Shown piece after piece: positions 1 to 9,885 of a stretch of DNA of 64,000 bases. Position 1 is the stretch's first letter. Each line of letters starts with the position of its first letter. A model generated the notes under the pieces. That model did not search any database and was not told the origin of the DNA. It worked only from the letters and a program-made list of their open reading frames with translations. This DNA comes from Schizochytrium sp. TIO01 (Eukaryota; Protista; Bigyra: Labyrinthulomycetes): positions 1,116,001 through 1,180,000 of the forward strand of contig SMSO01000036.1 of the NCBI GenBank assembly GCA_004764695.1, in the 5' to 3' direction. The position numbers and the translations under genes are program-made.

Positions 1-2647
1 CGGGGTCAAGACCGGCAAAACTAGCACTAATCAACACGCGAGTGACATCTGGCATATCATCTGCAACAGCAACAAAAAGTGCATGTTGAGCGCCTGTGTG
101 TGATGCTTCTAATGCATTGACCGCATCATCAGCAATACCTTCTTTCTCAGGATGAGATGGCTCAGAACTATCTGTCGCAGGTGTGGTGTGCATAATCACT
201 TGTTTTCCAGTTTTCAATTGAACATCCAAGGTTTTCCCAGCTAGTTGTAGAAGCCTCTGGCCCTCTGGGCTAAGACCAAGATCTTTCGCGTAGTCACGCA
301 GACTTGCTGCAGAAAGGAGTTTCGGGATCGAAAAGGGTCCATTGAACTCGCCAAAGGCTTCCTCAGTTGCTCTCACCTGCGCTTCCCTCCCCCCTGCAAG
401 GGAAACAAGCTCATGCATAACTCGTTGCGCTTCAAGTGAATCACCTCCGATGCTCACAAAAGAGTCCCATGGGCCGATGACCTCCAGAGGAATACCAAGG
501 CGTGTACTCCAAATTTTCGCAATTATTTGCTCTAGAGGCTTCAGCGAGGATTGTTCATGAGTATTAGGGACCACCTCGCTATGTAGACCCCTCCGTAGAC
601 GTTGCGGCGCAAGTATGCCTAGTGGGGGTAGAGGAAGGAGGCCCAATTTCTGAACATCACGTTTACCATTTGCACTTTGGAAGGTTTTAAAGCTTTGAAC
701 TGCAGCGAAGCGAGATGGAATCATAATAGCTGGAAGGGAACGTTTAAGGTAGGCTCGAACCGCCTCTTCTACACATCTTGGCAATGTCCCGACTTGAGGT
801 GTGTCCCACAAAACCAATTCTTTAAACGATACTCCTTCTGCGAGGGAAACCCATGCCACCAATTGGCCCGAAACCGTGTGTTTGACTACTGCAACATCCT
901 CAAACAAGAGGTTTTGCAATTTAGCAAGATGGCGTTCAACCTCGCCAGTTTCAATTCGAACTCCACGAATTTTAATCTGGTGATCACGCCGGCCCAAAAG
1001 TTTAATGACGGGGCCTACAAAGTCCCCACAAGAGCAAACAGGAAATTCCCCAAACTGGCTAGCGTAAGACATATCTACGCTTTCACGTGGAATCCATTGC
1101 AATGCTCCAAGATCACCAGTTCTAAAGCAGGTCACGTTTCTTTCTTCATCATGTACAAATTTCTCTGCCGTAAGCTCGTCGCGGTGTAAATATCCTTCAG
1201 CGACTTGAATACCACCTAGGACCAGTTCTCGTACCCGACTAGCATCAGTGCTAGCATGTTCGCAAGGAGGTGGCGGGCATGCTCGCTTGGGAGAGGGTGC
1301 GAGCAAAGTATGGTCAAGCCATTCGACCTTTATTTTACCGTAAGTAGAACATGTTGCACTTTGTAATTGCTTTTCATCATCGTCTTGGAAATTTGTAAGA
1401 CCGAGAAGAATCCCCGCAAGAGGGTTCACAACCAGACGTTCTGCGCTAGGCACATTAAATGCACGAACATCAGTCAAGCACTGATATACAGTGACCTCAG
1501 TTACGCCATAAATGTTCACCAAACGGCACTGACCTGGCCAGGATTCTCGAGCTTCCTGCGCAAGATTTTCGGGCATGGGCTCTCCTCCGAGACTGAGTTC
1601 GCGAAGAGTAGGCACATCCTCCGGAAGGGGTCGCTGGCTACCACGCATTCGAAGCACTGTTGGTGTCATACAGACATGGGTAGCTTTGGCTTTCTGTAGG
1701 CATGTCACAAGATGACCCCCAAGAATATCCTGGCTACTGGCAACACCGGCAGTAGCCCCATTGCAAACTGCTGCAAGCATTTCGCCAAGACTCGGGTCGA
1801 AAGTCAGGGAGGAAGCAATGAAGACGCATGAACCATATTTGATGTTGCTTCCCGTGGCTCTACTATGTGCGTAGGCAAGCAGGCTGGCATGTTTGACAAC
1901 TACGCCTTTGGGTTTTCCAGTCGATCCGCTTGTGAAGAAAATATGTGAAATAAGCTCGCTCGAAACGCGTTCTTGGAGCAATGGAAGCTCCTGGCCTTTG
2001 TGGAAACTACTTAGCTTCTGCACCAGTGAATTCAGGAGCCCTTCAACATCGTTGGCAATCTCAAGCACGCTAAAATTTCCCTCAAATTTATTGTTTTGCC
2101 AAGCTTCGCAACCAACAAGGAGCATGGATGCCTGTGCCTCACGTACGATCTCTCCACGCCTAGGATCACAGAGGTCCACTGGACAAAAAATTGCACCCGC
2201 AGAAAGTACTGCCAACTGGGCAATAGCTAGCGCAAAACCATCCACACCTGCCACTGCTACAACAACTTGCGAATTCTTGGCGTCGCCAGTGACGCCAGTA
2301 GCAGAGCCTTCACCTTGAACCTTAGGTTTCTTATTAATCTTGAGATTACTAGCACTACCTTCATCTTCATCAGTGCATATTTTAGTCTGCTCAAGGCCAG
2401 CGTTGTTGACTTTCGTTTGTTGAGCAGCATCCCTTACAGACTTTCCAAGCGCTATGGTGGCGCGCCATGCCTCCTCAAACGTTACGTCACGGCAACTCGA
2501 GCTTGAGCCTGCTACACAACGAAAAGCTACTGCATCAGGTCGAGCCCGAGTTTTGGAAAGGAATTCCTCTACCACCGACGCCGCCATCCTCTGCTCAAGT
2601 TTTGCTTCGTCAAGTTTTACTGACTTCGTTTTGAGGTTTTTAGTCAT
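1..2647 (-). CDS. NRPS-like adenylation + thiolation (PCP) protein, 3'-truncated by the window edge; possible ankyrin repeat starting at the edge
   Basis: Hand translation from ATG at 2647 (MTKNLKTKSV...). Not in the ORF track, consistent with no stop before the window edge. A-domain motifs SHIFFTSGSTGKPKGV, FDPS, GRRDHQIKIRGVRIE, LPSYMIP and NGKRD; carrier-protein motif FVSIGGDSL (Ser near 438); last residues ALFVAVADDMPDVTRVLISA are ankyrin-like. Confidence 0.88.
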   Translation of the reverse strand, partial: MTKNLKTKSVKLDEAKLEQRMAASVVEEFLSKTRARPDAVAFRCVAGSSSSCRDVTFEEAWRATIALGKSVRDAAQQTKVNNAGLEQTKICTDEDEGSASNLKINKKPKVQGEGSATGVTGDAKNSQVVVAVAGVDGFALAIAQLAVLSAGAIFCPVDLCDPRRGEIVREAQASMLLVGCEAWQNNKFEGNFSVLEIANDVEGLLNSLVQKLSSFHKGQELPLLQERVSSELISHIFFTSGSTGKPKGVVVKHASLLAYAHSRATGSNIKYGSCVFIASSLTFDPSLGEMLAAVCNGATAGVASSQDILGGHLVTCLQKAKATHVCMTPTVLRMRGSQRPLPEDVPTLRELSLGGEPMPENLAQEARESWPGQCRLVNIYGVTEVTVYQCLTDVRAFNVPSAERLVVNPLAGILLGLTNFQDDDEKQLQSATCSTYGKIKVEWLDHTLLAPSPKRACPPPPCEHASTDASRVRELVLGGIQVAEGYLHRDELTAEKFVHDEERNVTCFRTGDLGALQWIPRESVDMSYASQFGEFPVCSCGDFVGPVIKLLGRRDHQIKIRGVRIETGEVERHLAKLQNLLFEDVAVVKHTVSGQLVAWVSLAEGVSFKELVLWDTPQVGTLPRCVEEAVRAYLKRSLPAIMIPSRFAAVQSFKTFQSANGKRDVQKLGLLPLPPLGILAPQRLRRGLHSEVVPNTHEQSSLKPLEQIIAKIWSTRLGIPLEVIGPWDSFVSIGGDSLEAQRVMHELVSLAGGREAQVRATEEAFGEFNGPFSIPKLLSAASLRDYAKDLGLSPEGQRLLQLAGKTLDVQLKTGKQVIMHTTPATDSSEPSHPEKEGIADDAVNALEASHTGAQHALFVAVADDMPDVTRVLISASFAGLDP

Positions 2648-4159
2648 GGTGTAGTAGGCAGGTAGGTAGGTATACGCAGGTTAGTAGATAGGTATGTCCA
2701 GCATATGGAAAATAATAGACATAGGTAAATAAAAAAACACCAGTAGCCAGCTTTCAAGGTTGCCTTTAAGTCCTCTGTAAACAGGGCGTTGCATTTCCTT
2801 TTTTTTAGTTTAGAATTATGCGCATCCCTGTCAAGACGTTAAGGATCCTCACATAGATACCCTGAAGTGCTTTCTACATCTCGCCAACATTTCTCAGAAG
2901 CTTTCCTCCAAACTCAAATTGCCTTTGCAATAGGTACATTAGAGTCGCAAAAAGAATCAAATCCGTTAATCTATCATCACCACGAAACATGAAAGCAGCT
3001 TTCAGTGCATAGCCTCTCACTTTCGAATGCTTTTACTCTACGTGCGAATTAAAGAAGTTGTCTTATCACTCCAAAACTCGTTCAATCTTCAAAACCATCC
3101 AGGTCTTCGTTACACGAAAATACTTATAGTAGTAAGCCCACATCATACATGGGCTCACTATCAGTTTAACACTCCACGTCGCCAAGACTGTCCAGCACCA
3201 TCATACCCTACACCAACCCAAATAAGGTGCGCTTCTCCACATCGTGCATGACAACTGACATCAAATCGCAGGCAGAAATCTTAGATGAAAGCCTGTATAT
3301 GCATACATCAGCTTTCATGAATGAATCCATGCAAAGCTCCAAACAAATCCAACACCAACTTCTCCCCTGCCACTCGCTTTCATTATGGTCATTCATTCAT
3401 CACGAGTTTGTACCACTCAACAGACAACGGAGAACGCCCCCCAGAGAACAGGCGTCTCATGCTCCAGAGAACGCAAAGAGAACACAGCAGCGAAATAAGT
3501 AGCCACAGAAAATAAGAACAATGGGCACACAATTCTAACCATTGAAGTTCACCAATCATTCACCATTGTGATAGCATTAATTTTAATTTAATTTAATTCA
3601 CTTTTGTAAATCTTAATTTACAATCGAAGTTTAAAAACGTTTGTTCGTGACAAATGAATATACTCACATTATACATATACAGTATTATATTATATATTAT
3701 TATATATTATTATATAATGTAAAAGAAAGGACTCTTTACGTAAGTAATTCATTCATATGTTGGATGGGCAGTTATGAAAAGATAGAAGAGACAGTTAGAC
3801 CATGTATTGTTTAGCATTTGTCTATAGCGTTTTCAGTAGTGGGAAGAGTGAGGGCATAGAGAGAATAAATAGATGGAGCAGATGGATCGATCTTAGATCA
3901 TCACTCGTTCAATTGTTGAATTGACAGATCGAGCGATCAATCCCCCAACGAGCCGCGGCGGTTGAAAGCTGGCGCCGCAACGCTCGGAGGCGCGAGGGAG
4001 GACGGCGGGGCGACACTCGCTCTTGTTCTGCCTGGCCCTCTTCTCCCCGCTACGGAGCTTAGAGTACTGTGCGGGACTGAAATATAGATCGTAGATCAGA
4101 TTGAATTCTGAAGACTGTAGGTTGGACTTCGAGACTGTAGCAACGCAGACAGAGCTGGG

Positions 4160-6298
4160 ATGAACAAAGACCGTAGTGCGAGCAGCCCAGTGAACCTGGG
4201 CTGGCCTCAGCTCCTTGCCTTCCAGGCACTCTCTCTTGGCGCCTGGCTTATCCCAGTGTCCTTCTGGGGCATACTTATCTGCGCTGCTCTCACGTCAGGC
4301 GAGATTTCCCCCTGGCTATCAAGCTTTGCGCTTTTCGCTCGTGTTCTTGCTTCTGCCTCGGTTCTCTCCTGCATCTCTCTCCTCCTCTGCGGAGTCCGGC
4401 ACGTGCATTCTCACGTCCGTCGCTCTCCATACTCGCGGCTCGTGTCTCTTCTTCGCGGCGCCTTGCTCGCTGTTCCTTCCCATTTGCTCCATGTCATCTT
4501 CGGCTATGCTGTCGCCATCGCCGTTCTCGGCGTCATCCGTCTAAGCCCCCGTGAGCAGGTTTTTGTGGCAAACTCGCCCGCTGCCTATGCAGAGTCCTCA
4601 AGCTCTCTGGCAGCCTGGGGCGGCGCCGCTTCATGCCTCGTCTTCTCACTGACTTTCTTCTCTGCAGATCGAAGCCAGATCGTCTTTCCAAAAATACAAC
4701 AACGACGCTTTTTGCATGTGCGTAAAGCGCTCTCGAGGTCCATTTTAAGATCGGCCATAATTTCGTGCGTTGGCGTGTTTTTTATGATCACAGCATTTCA
4801 GGCCACGGCTTCTGATGAAGAGGACTACTGTGCAGATGGTGGAATGATTGCCAGAACATTACTTGTGGCATGGCTAACTGTGTTTATTGTAGACGCCGGA
4901 GCTGAGATGTATGTGGTTTTTATGACTGAACATAAGAGATTGTCCATGTGCACGCGAGGAGAGATCGGCGATGAGGAGGAAGCAACAACACTGGCAGCAT
5001 GCATGGAAATGTGTGATGCAGGATCTCTGGAAGAAGCACTGCTGAGCTTCCCAATGAGGATTGGCATGTCAAGAAATGCTATTGTTAAGTTCAGAGAAAC
5101 GTCTGCTGTGGGTAACTTGCTTTCTTTTGCGAAGGCACACGAAATGAGGTCACGGAACCCAGCTTTGCAGGTGAGCTTGAATGATGCTGACTCTCAGCTG
5201 CGCCAATGGTGGGTGGACACCTGTGAGGCAGTTTCTTTTTCATCGCAACCAAGCGAGGCATGGGAACAATTTGCGACCCTCCGTAAGCGTCGCTTCAATA
5301 CAGTGCTTCAGTCTATATACACCGCTGACGCTGCTCGGTTGGGGTACCCATTTTGGAATCGCCTCCCGCTCAAACCCAGCAAGGAGATTATCCGAGCCCG
5401 TGCTTTTTTTGACCTGGCAACGCTGTCCGAGTTTGATGAAGACCGCCGTCGGGTGCTTTATAATTCTCCTGAGACCTGCCTACGCACAATTGAAAGCTGC
5501 ATGGCAGTTGTGGATGCTGTAACGCTTGTTCTTACGGTGGCCTCGCGCTACGCAGCTCTGGAACCAACCCTGCCTTCCTCTCAGACCGGGCAGCCACTGC
5601 GGGATGTGTTTGTACTTGGCCCAGCGCCGTCGGAGACTCAAGGGTTGGATCCCAAGATCAAGCGTGATCTTGCGTGGAAAGCAGAACTCGCTTCTCGCAG
5701 ATTGCGTCGTCAGCCGTGGCTTTCACTTGACTGGTGGATCTCCAGCATCCAATCTCAATTCCAAGAGCACGACCCTGTAGCAACACAGTTCTCACTGGGC
5801 CAAGGTATTGTGGACAGTCTAGATGCCGTAAGTTCTGGCTCGCGTAACGATGGCGTAAATGGCGAAGCTCTAGGATCGTCCGAACGAGCACATCAATTGT
5901 ACCAACATGCTCAGGGATCCCATCGATGGCTGTTGACATTGAAGTCTCAATTCTGCCGTACCCCTGAGCAGCAAACAGAAGCCATCTTGGGAGATGATCA
6001 AGTTGTGCGAGCAGCCGTGGTGGCGCTTGGTAACTTGGCCATGCATTCCCGTAAAGAAGATCAGAGCGGATACGTAGCACGTGCAATTCCGGCAATCCTC
6101 GAGTGTCTGATCGAATGTGAACAGGCTCTTGATGCATACTGTGACAGTCCAGCGTTTTTCGGCAAAGTCATGACGGGTCAATTTAAGAAAAATATGAGAA
6201 TTGCTCGGTCCCAGGTGGTTGAGCTTCGATTTTGTATAGAAAGAAGCGTCTTTGCGATTCGCAAGGCCTTTCATAAGCGCTTGCCGCACTCGATGTAA
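4160..6298 (+). CDS. NDC1: Transmembrane nucleoporin NDC1
   Basis: 712-aa ORF with about 6 N-terminal TM helices and C-terminal segments AFFDLATLSEFDEDRRRVLY and ALGNLAMHSRKEDQSGYVARAIPAILECL that resemble conserved Ndc1/TMEM48 blocks. Confidence 0.8.
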   Translation: MNKDRSASSPVNLGWPQLLAFQALSLGAWLIPVSFWGILICAALTSGEISPWLSSFALFARVLASASVLSCISLLLCGVRHVHSHVRRSPYSRLVSLLRGALLAVPSHLLHVIFGYAVAIAVLGVIRLSPREQVFVANSPAAYAESSSSLAAWGGAASCLVFSLTFFSADRSQIVFPKIQQRRFLHVRKALSRSILRSAIISCVGVFFMITAFQATASDEEDYCADGGMIARTLLVAWLTVFIVDAGAEMYVVFMTEHKRLSMCTRGEIGDEEEATTLAACMEMCDAGSLEEALLSFPMRIGMSRNAIVKFRETSAVGNLLSFAKAHEMRSRNPALQVSLNDADSQLRQWWVDTCEAVSFSSQPSEAWEQFATLRKRRFNTVLQSIYTADAARLGYPFWNRLPLKPSKEIIRARAFFDLATLSEFDEDRRRVLYNSPETCLRTIESCMAVVDAVTLVLTVASRYAALEPTLPSSQTGQPLRDVFVLGPAPSETQGLDPKIKRDLAWKAELASRRLRRQPWLSLDWWISSIQSQFQEHDPVATQFSLGQGIVDSLDAVSSGSRNDGVNGEALGSSERAHQLYQHAQGSHRWLLTLKSQFCRTPEQQTEAILGDDQVVRAAVVALGNLAMHSRKEDQSGYVARAIPAILECLIECEQALDAYCDSPAFFGKVMTGQFKKNMRIARSQVVELRFCIERSVFAIRKAFHKRLPHSM

Positions 6299-6662
6299 AA
6301 CAACTTACATCATATTTGTGATGTAGCATTCGCATATCCGCGTAGGCCTTTAGTAACTAAACCATCCAGATAGCGTGGTAGTTAGTTCTCAGATGAGAAT
6401 ACGAAATCTGGATACAAAAAGAGCAAGCCCTTGGCATGCTTTCATGTGAAAGTCGGATTTCGCAAAATTCGTTTTAGAGCTAATCTGAAGCAAACATATC
6501 ATATGTAATAAATGGTAAGTCTACTGGTTTTTGTGTCAAATACTTTGATTGGATTTGATGCAGGATTTTAAATTGGTGTTTTGTTGCGTGTTGTTCAAAG
6601 GGAGAGAAGAGAAATGGATTGGGTGAATGTAGATAAGGTGCATGAAGCATCTTACTAGATAT

Positions 6663-7194
6663 GACGCACGACATAGCAGGCCTGTCAGACATTTTCCTCC
6701 GCTGATTGTTGCCTTCCTAAATCGTGCAATATTGCAACGATCGAGTAGTTTGAGCGGGCGCAGATTTTTTCTTAAGTGCTGTTCCCGTATAGGATTTCTC
6801 TGACATTCAAAAGAACAACAAATACCAATATATATTGTGGACCTCCGAGGAGAGAGGACGCACGACATAGCAGGCCTGTCAGACATTTTCCTCCGCTGAT
6901 TGTTGCCTTCCTAAATCGTGCAATATTGCAACGATCGAGTAGTTTGAGCGGGCACAGATTTTTTCTTAAGTGCTGTTCCCGTATAGGATTTCTCTGACAT
7001 TCAAAAGAACAACAAATACCAATATATATTGTGGACCTCCGAGGAGAGAGGACGCACGACATAGCAGGCCTGTCAGATTTTTTCCTCCGCTGATTGTTGC
7101 CTTCCTAAATCGTGCAATATTGCAACGATCGAGTAGTTTGAGCGGGCACAGATTTTTTCTAATGTGCTGTTCCCGTATAGGATTTCTCTGACAT
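6663..7194. repeat. 194-bp tandem repeat, about 2.75 near-identical copies (starts 6663, 6857, 7051)
   Basis: Directly visible; copies differ at only a few positions. Each copy contains a 123-nt TGTCAGA...TCTGACA core (6683-6805, 6877-6999, 7071-7193). Confidence 0.97.
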
Positions 7195-7359
7195 ATGCAC
7201 CTTTTGATTATCAGAAGGAATGATGACCCCTTAATTTCATGCGTTTGTTCATGATTAAGTCAAATAGCGCATATATATATATGCATTTTGGGGGTGAACA
7301 GAGCAGGATGGGTGGGTGGGAAAGTGGATTGGGTGCAATGCAAAATGAAAATAAGTTGT

Positions 7360-9885
7360 CTAACTGTGATTCTGATTATTACTGCTGCTATTGCTGGAAT
7401 GGTGCCTTGCATCACGGTCCGTAGGAACCCGAAAACGCGCAAAGTTTCGAAGCAAACGGCGAGGCTTGTTGAAGATATTCACTCGATCAAATGAAGGTGA
7501 AGAGCTCCGATGTGTAGCGGGAGAAGAACCACTCATCTGGTTGGGGCTACCATGGGTAGAGCTACTAATACTGCTACAGATCTTCTCTTCCTCCTCCTCC
7601 TCCTCTGTAGAATCAGCGCTGCTATTTCTGTAGCGCGATTGTGCGCTCTTCCCTGAGCGTGCTTGCCTGGATGAATCACTCTCTTCACGCATATCTTGCA
7701 TAGCCGAGATCTCAGTATCGGGTTGCCAATCCGAATCCTGAATGTACAATTCATCTTCCTTGATTAGATCATGAAGAATGGCTAAGCCGTTACATGAAGA
7801 GCATATGTCACTTTCAAAACATTTTATCAGCATATTTGTAGAGATTTGGAACTCATCGTCATCTTCAACTCCATCTTGGTTCATGTTGCGGTTAAAGATG
7901 CTGCTGCTTGGGGCAACGCGCCGCTTCTTGACAAAACGGGAGCAAACTTGCTTCCCATGATCAACACGTCCGCCACGGAGTAATCCTCTGGAATCGCGTG
8001 TCCAAATTACAGTGTCAAGCACCATCGGAGCAATGTACTCAAAGACACCACCATTCCCACTCATGCTGGCAACATTTTTGCGGATCAAAGAGGCGCAAAG
8101 CTCAGATAAAGGTGCAGGGGTCAGCGGTCCAAGATAGACACGGTGCATGTCATTGAGACGGTCGTCACCATCGTAGCCACCAAGTATATACATATAGTTT
8201 GTGTCGCACACTGCGCGATGAAAGGTCCGTGACGATGGTTCTACACCATGGATCTGAACGGCCTCCCACTCCAGTGTATCGAACTTGAACTGGTAGACAT
8301 CATTAAACCGATTATGCTTCTTGTCTACTCCGCCAAAAACGACCATGCTGTCTCCGCACAAAACTGCCGAGTGACGGTAGCGATTGTGAGGCCAAGCTTC
8401 TTGCGAAGTTCGCTCACAGTTTTCTAGCGAGAGGGAGTTCGCAAACGTTACGTCAACATCCATAATGTCATCATCTTTGCGCTCTTCTTCATCCTCAAAA
8501 CCCGTGCTTGCGTCACTCCCTGGCACAGAGACATTGCTAACGATACCTCTAGAGAAGTCCTCGCGCTGCTTTTGCTCATCAAAATAGCGTTCGTCCTCCA
8601 CTTGAGAGTCATGTTCACTATAGTCCATGCTCATTACGGATGCAGACCTATTCGGACGGCCAAGAGACAGGACCATGTGGCCTACGCCTGCACCTGTTTT
8701 AGGTCTGCCATAGATTCCATCCAAAAGCATACTTGCTTGATTAAAAGGGCGTGCTCTTGATGATAGGGAGGGTGCAGACGACGAGGCAGCAGAGTTCGAT
8801 GGGACTGAGGCCGTGGCATTTTCAGGTGAAGGAGAAGACGACGACGAGGAGGAGGAGGAGGAGGAGGGGGAGGAGGCATGAGCGGTAAAAGTACGACAAA
8901 CGCCATCCCACAGAGCTCGCCGCTGGCGATTACTGGATCTTGATAGGTTTTCGGAGTCCATGAGATGTGCATCCTGCTCATCTTGAAGCTTCTCAACTTG
9001 TCCCACCAGGCTGTAACGGCGTTTACTTCCTACAAATGGTTCTGCCCGGCGTGATTGTTGAACTAGTCGCCGAGCAGCTCGCTGTCGGTGTTCGGCACGG
9101 AGCATCGGAAGTGCCATCCAGCGTTCAGTATGGAGATCAAGAGCAAAGATACAGTCAAGGGTTTCGCGACCATCCCAACCACCAAAAATCCACAGCTTAC
9201 CATCATATACAACTCCAGAGTGACCAAAGCGGCGACTAGGTTGCAAAGGAGTAGTGGAAGAATCTGGATTCTTATTGAAAGATGAGTTTGCAGCCTGTCC
9301 TTGCTTCTTGCAGAGTTCTCGCCACTTTAAAGTTCGAAGATCGAATTCGAAAGTGTTATTGAAACGCTCCGAGCCATCGTAACCTCCAAACACAAACAAC
9401 CTGTGATCATATGCAACCATGCAGTGATCGGTGCGGGGCTGAGGGATATCTTCACGAGTTGCAAGGAGATCTTCATCGAGCATTTCTGGCTCCTCATCAA
9501 GGATGTCCATAAGAGTGCGATTACGGTGGCGGACGAGAGACCACTCTAGTGTGGCAAAGTCAAGTCTGTAGAGGTCATTGAAATAGTTACCATCGCGACC
9601 ATCATATCCGCCAAATATGTACAAGCTACCGTCTAACACTGCGCCGAGCGCTCCAGATCGTCGGGTCGGCAAGTGCCCAGTAGCATAGAGTTTTTCCCAA
9701 CTGCGCTTGCGGGTATCAAATTTGTACAGATCCTGCTGTCTGCGCTTTTTGTCGGTGCCGCCAAAAAGATAGAACGATCCGTCATATTCTACAACTGTAT
9801 GACCTGTGCGGGGAGAGTAACAGTAATCATTCTCTGATGCATCGATAATTTCCCAGCGCCTCTCAAAGGGCGCCTCTTCGTTCAT
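7360..9885 (-). CDS. Kelch-repeat beta-propeller protein with a long low-complexity insert and a BC/SOCS-box-like motif (KLHDC/LZTR1-like)
   Basis: Six GG-containing kelch repeats (YLFGG, YIFGGYDG, FVFGGYDG, WIFGGWDG, VVFGG, YILGGYDG), then PAPLSELCASLIRKN. First in-frame ATG is 9885; the ORF track start at 10011 is a non-ATG codon. Confidence 0.88.
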   Translation of the reverse strand: MNEEAPFERRWEIIDASENDYCYSPRTGHTVVEYDGSFYLFGGTDKKRRQQDLYKFDTRKRSWEKLYATGHLPTRRSGALGAVLDGSLYIFGGYDGRDGNYFNDLYRLDFATLEWSLVRHRNRTLMDILDEEPEMLDEDLLATREDIPQPRTDHCMVAYDHRLFVFGGYDGSERFNNTFEFDLRTLKWRELCKKQGQAANSSFNKNPDSSTTPLQPSRRFGHSGVVYDGKLWIFGGWDGRETLDCIFALDLHTERWMALPMLRAEHRQRAARRLVQQSRRAEPFVGSKRRYSLVGQVEKLQDEQDAHLMDSENLSRSSNRQRRALWDGVCRTFTAHASSPSSSSSSSSSSSPSPENATASVPSNSAASSSAPSLSSRARPFNQASMLLDGIYGRPKTGAGVGHMVLSLGRPNRSASVMSMDYSEHDSQVEDERYFDEQKQREDFSRGIVSNVSVPGSDASTGFEDEEERKDDDIMDVDVTFANSLSLENCERTSQEAWPHNRYRHSAVLCGDSMVVFGGVDKKHNRFNDVYQFKFDTLEWEAVQIHGVEPSSRTFHRAVCDTNYMYILGGYDGDDRLNDMHRVYLGPLTPAPLSELCASLIRKNVASMSGNGGVFEYIAPMVLDTVIWTRDSRGLLRGGRVDHGKQVCSRFVKKRRVAPSSSIFNRNMNQDGVEDDDEFQISTNMLIKCFESDICSSCNGLAILHDLIKEDELYIQDSDWQPDTEISAMQDMREESDSSRQARSGKSAQSRYRNSSADSTEEEEEEEKICSSISSSTHGSPNQMSGSSPATHRSSSPSFDRVNIFNKPRRLLRNFARFRVPTDRDARHHSSNSSSNNQNHS

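Noticed and set aside
342-2654. Plus-strand ORFs of 60-170 aa
   Set aside because: Shadow ORFs antisense to the NRPS-like gene.
6663-7194. Hammerhead retrozyme, 5S rRNA or snRNA tandem array
   Set aside because: No CTGAnGA plus GAAA core on either strand; no 5S sequence motifs; no U5 loop GCCTTTTAC or canonical Sm site. The short ORFs here are by-products of the repeat.
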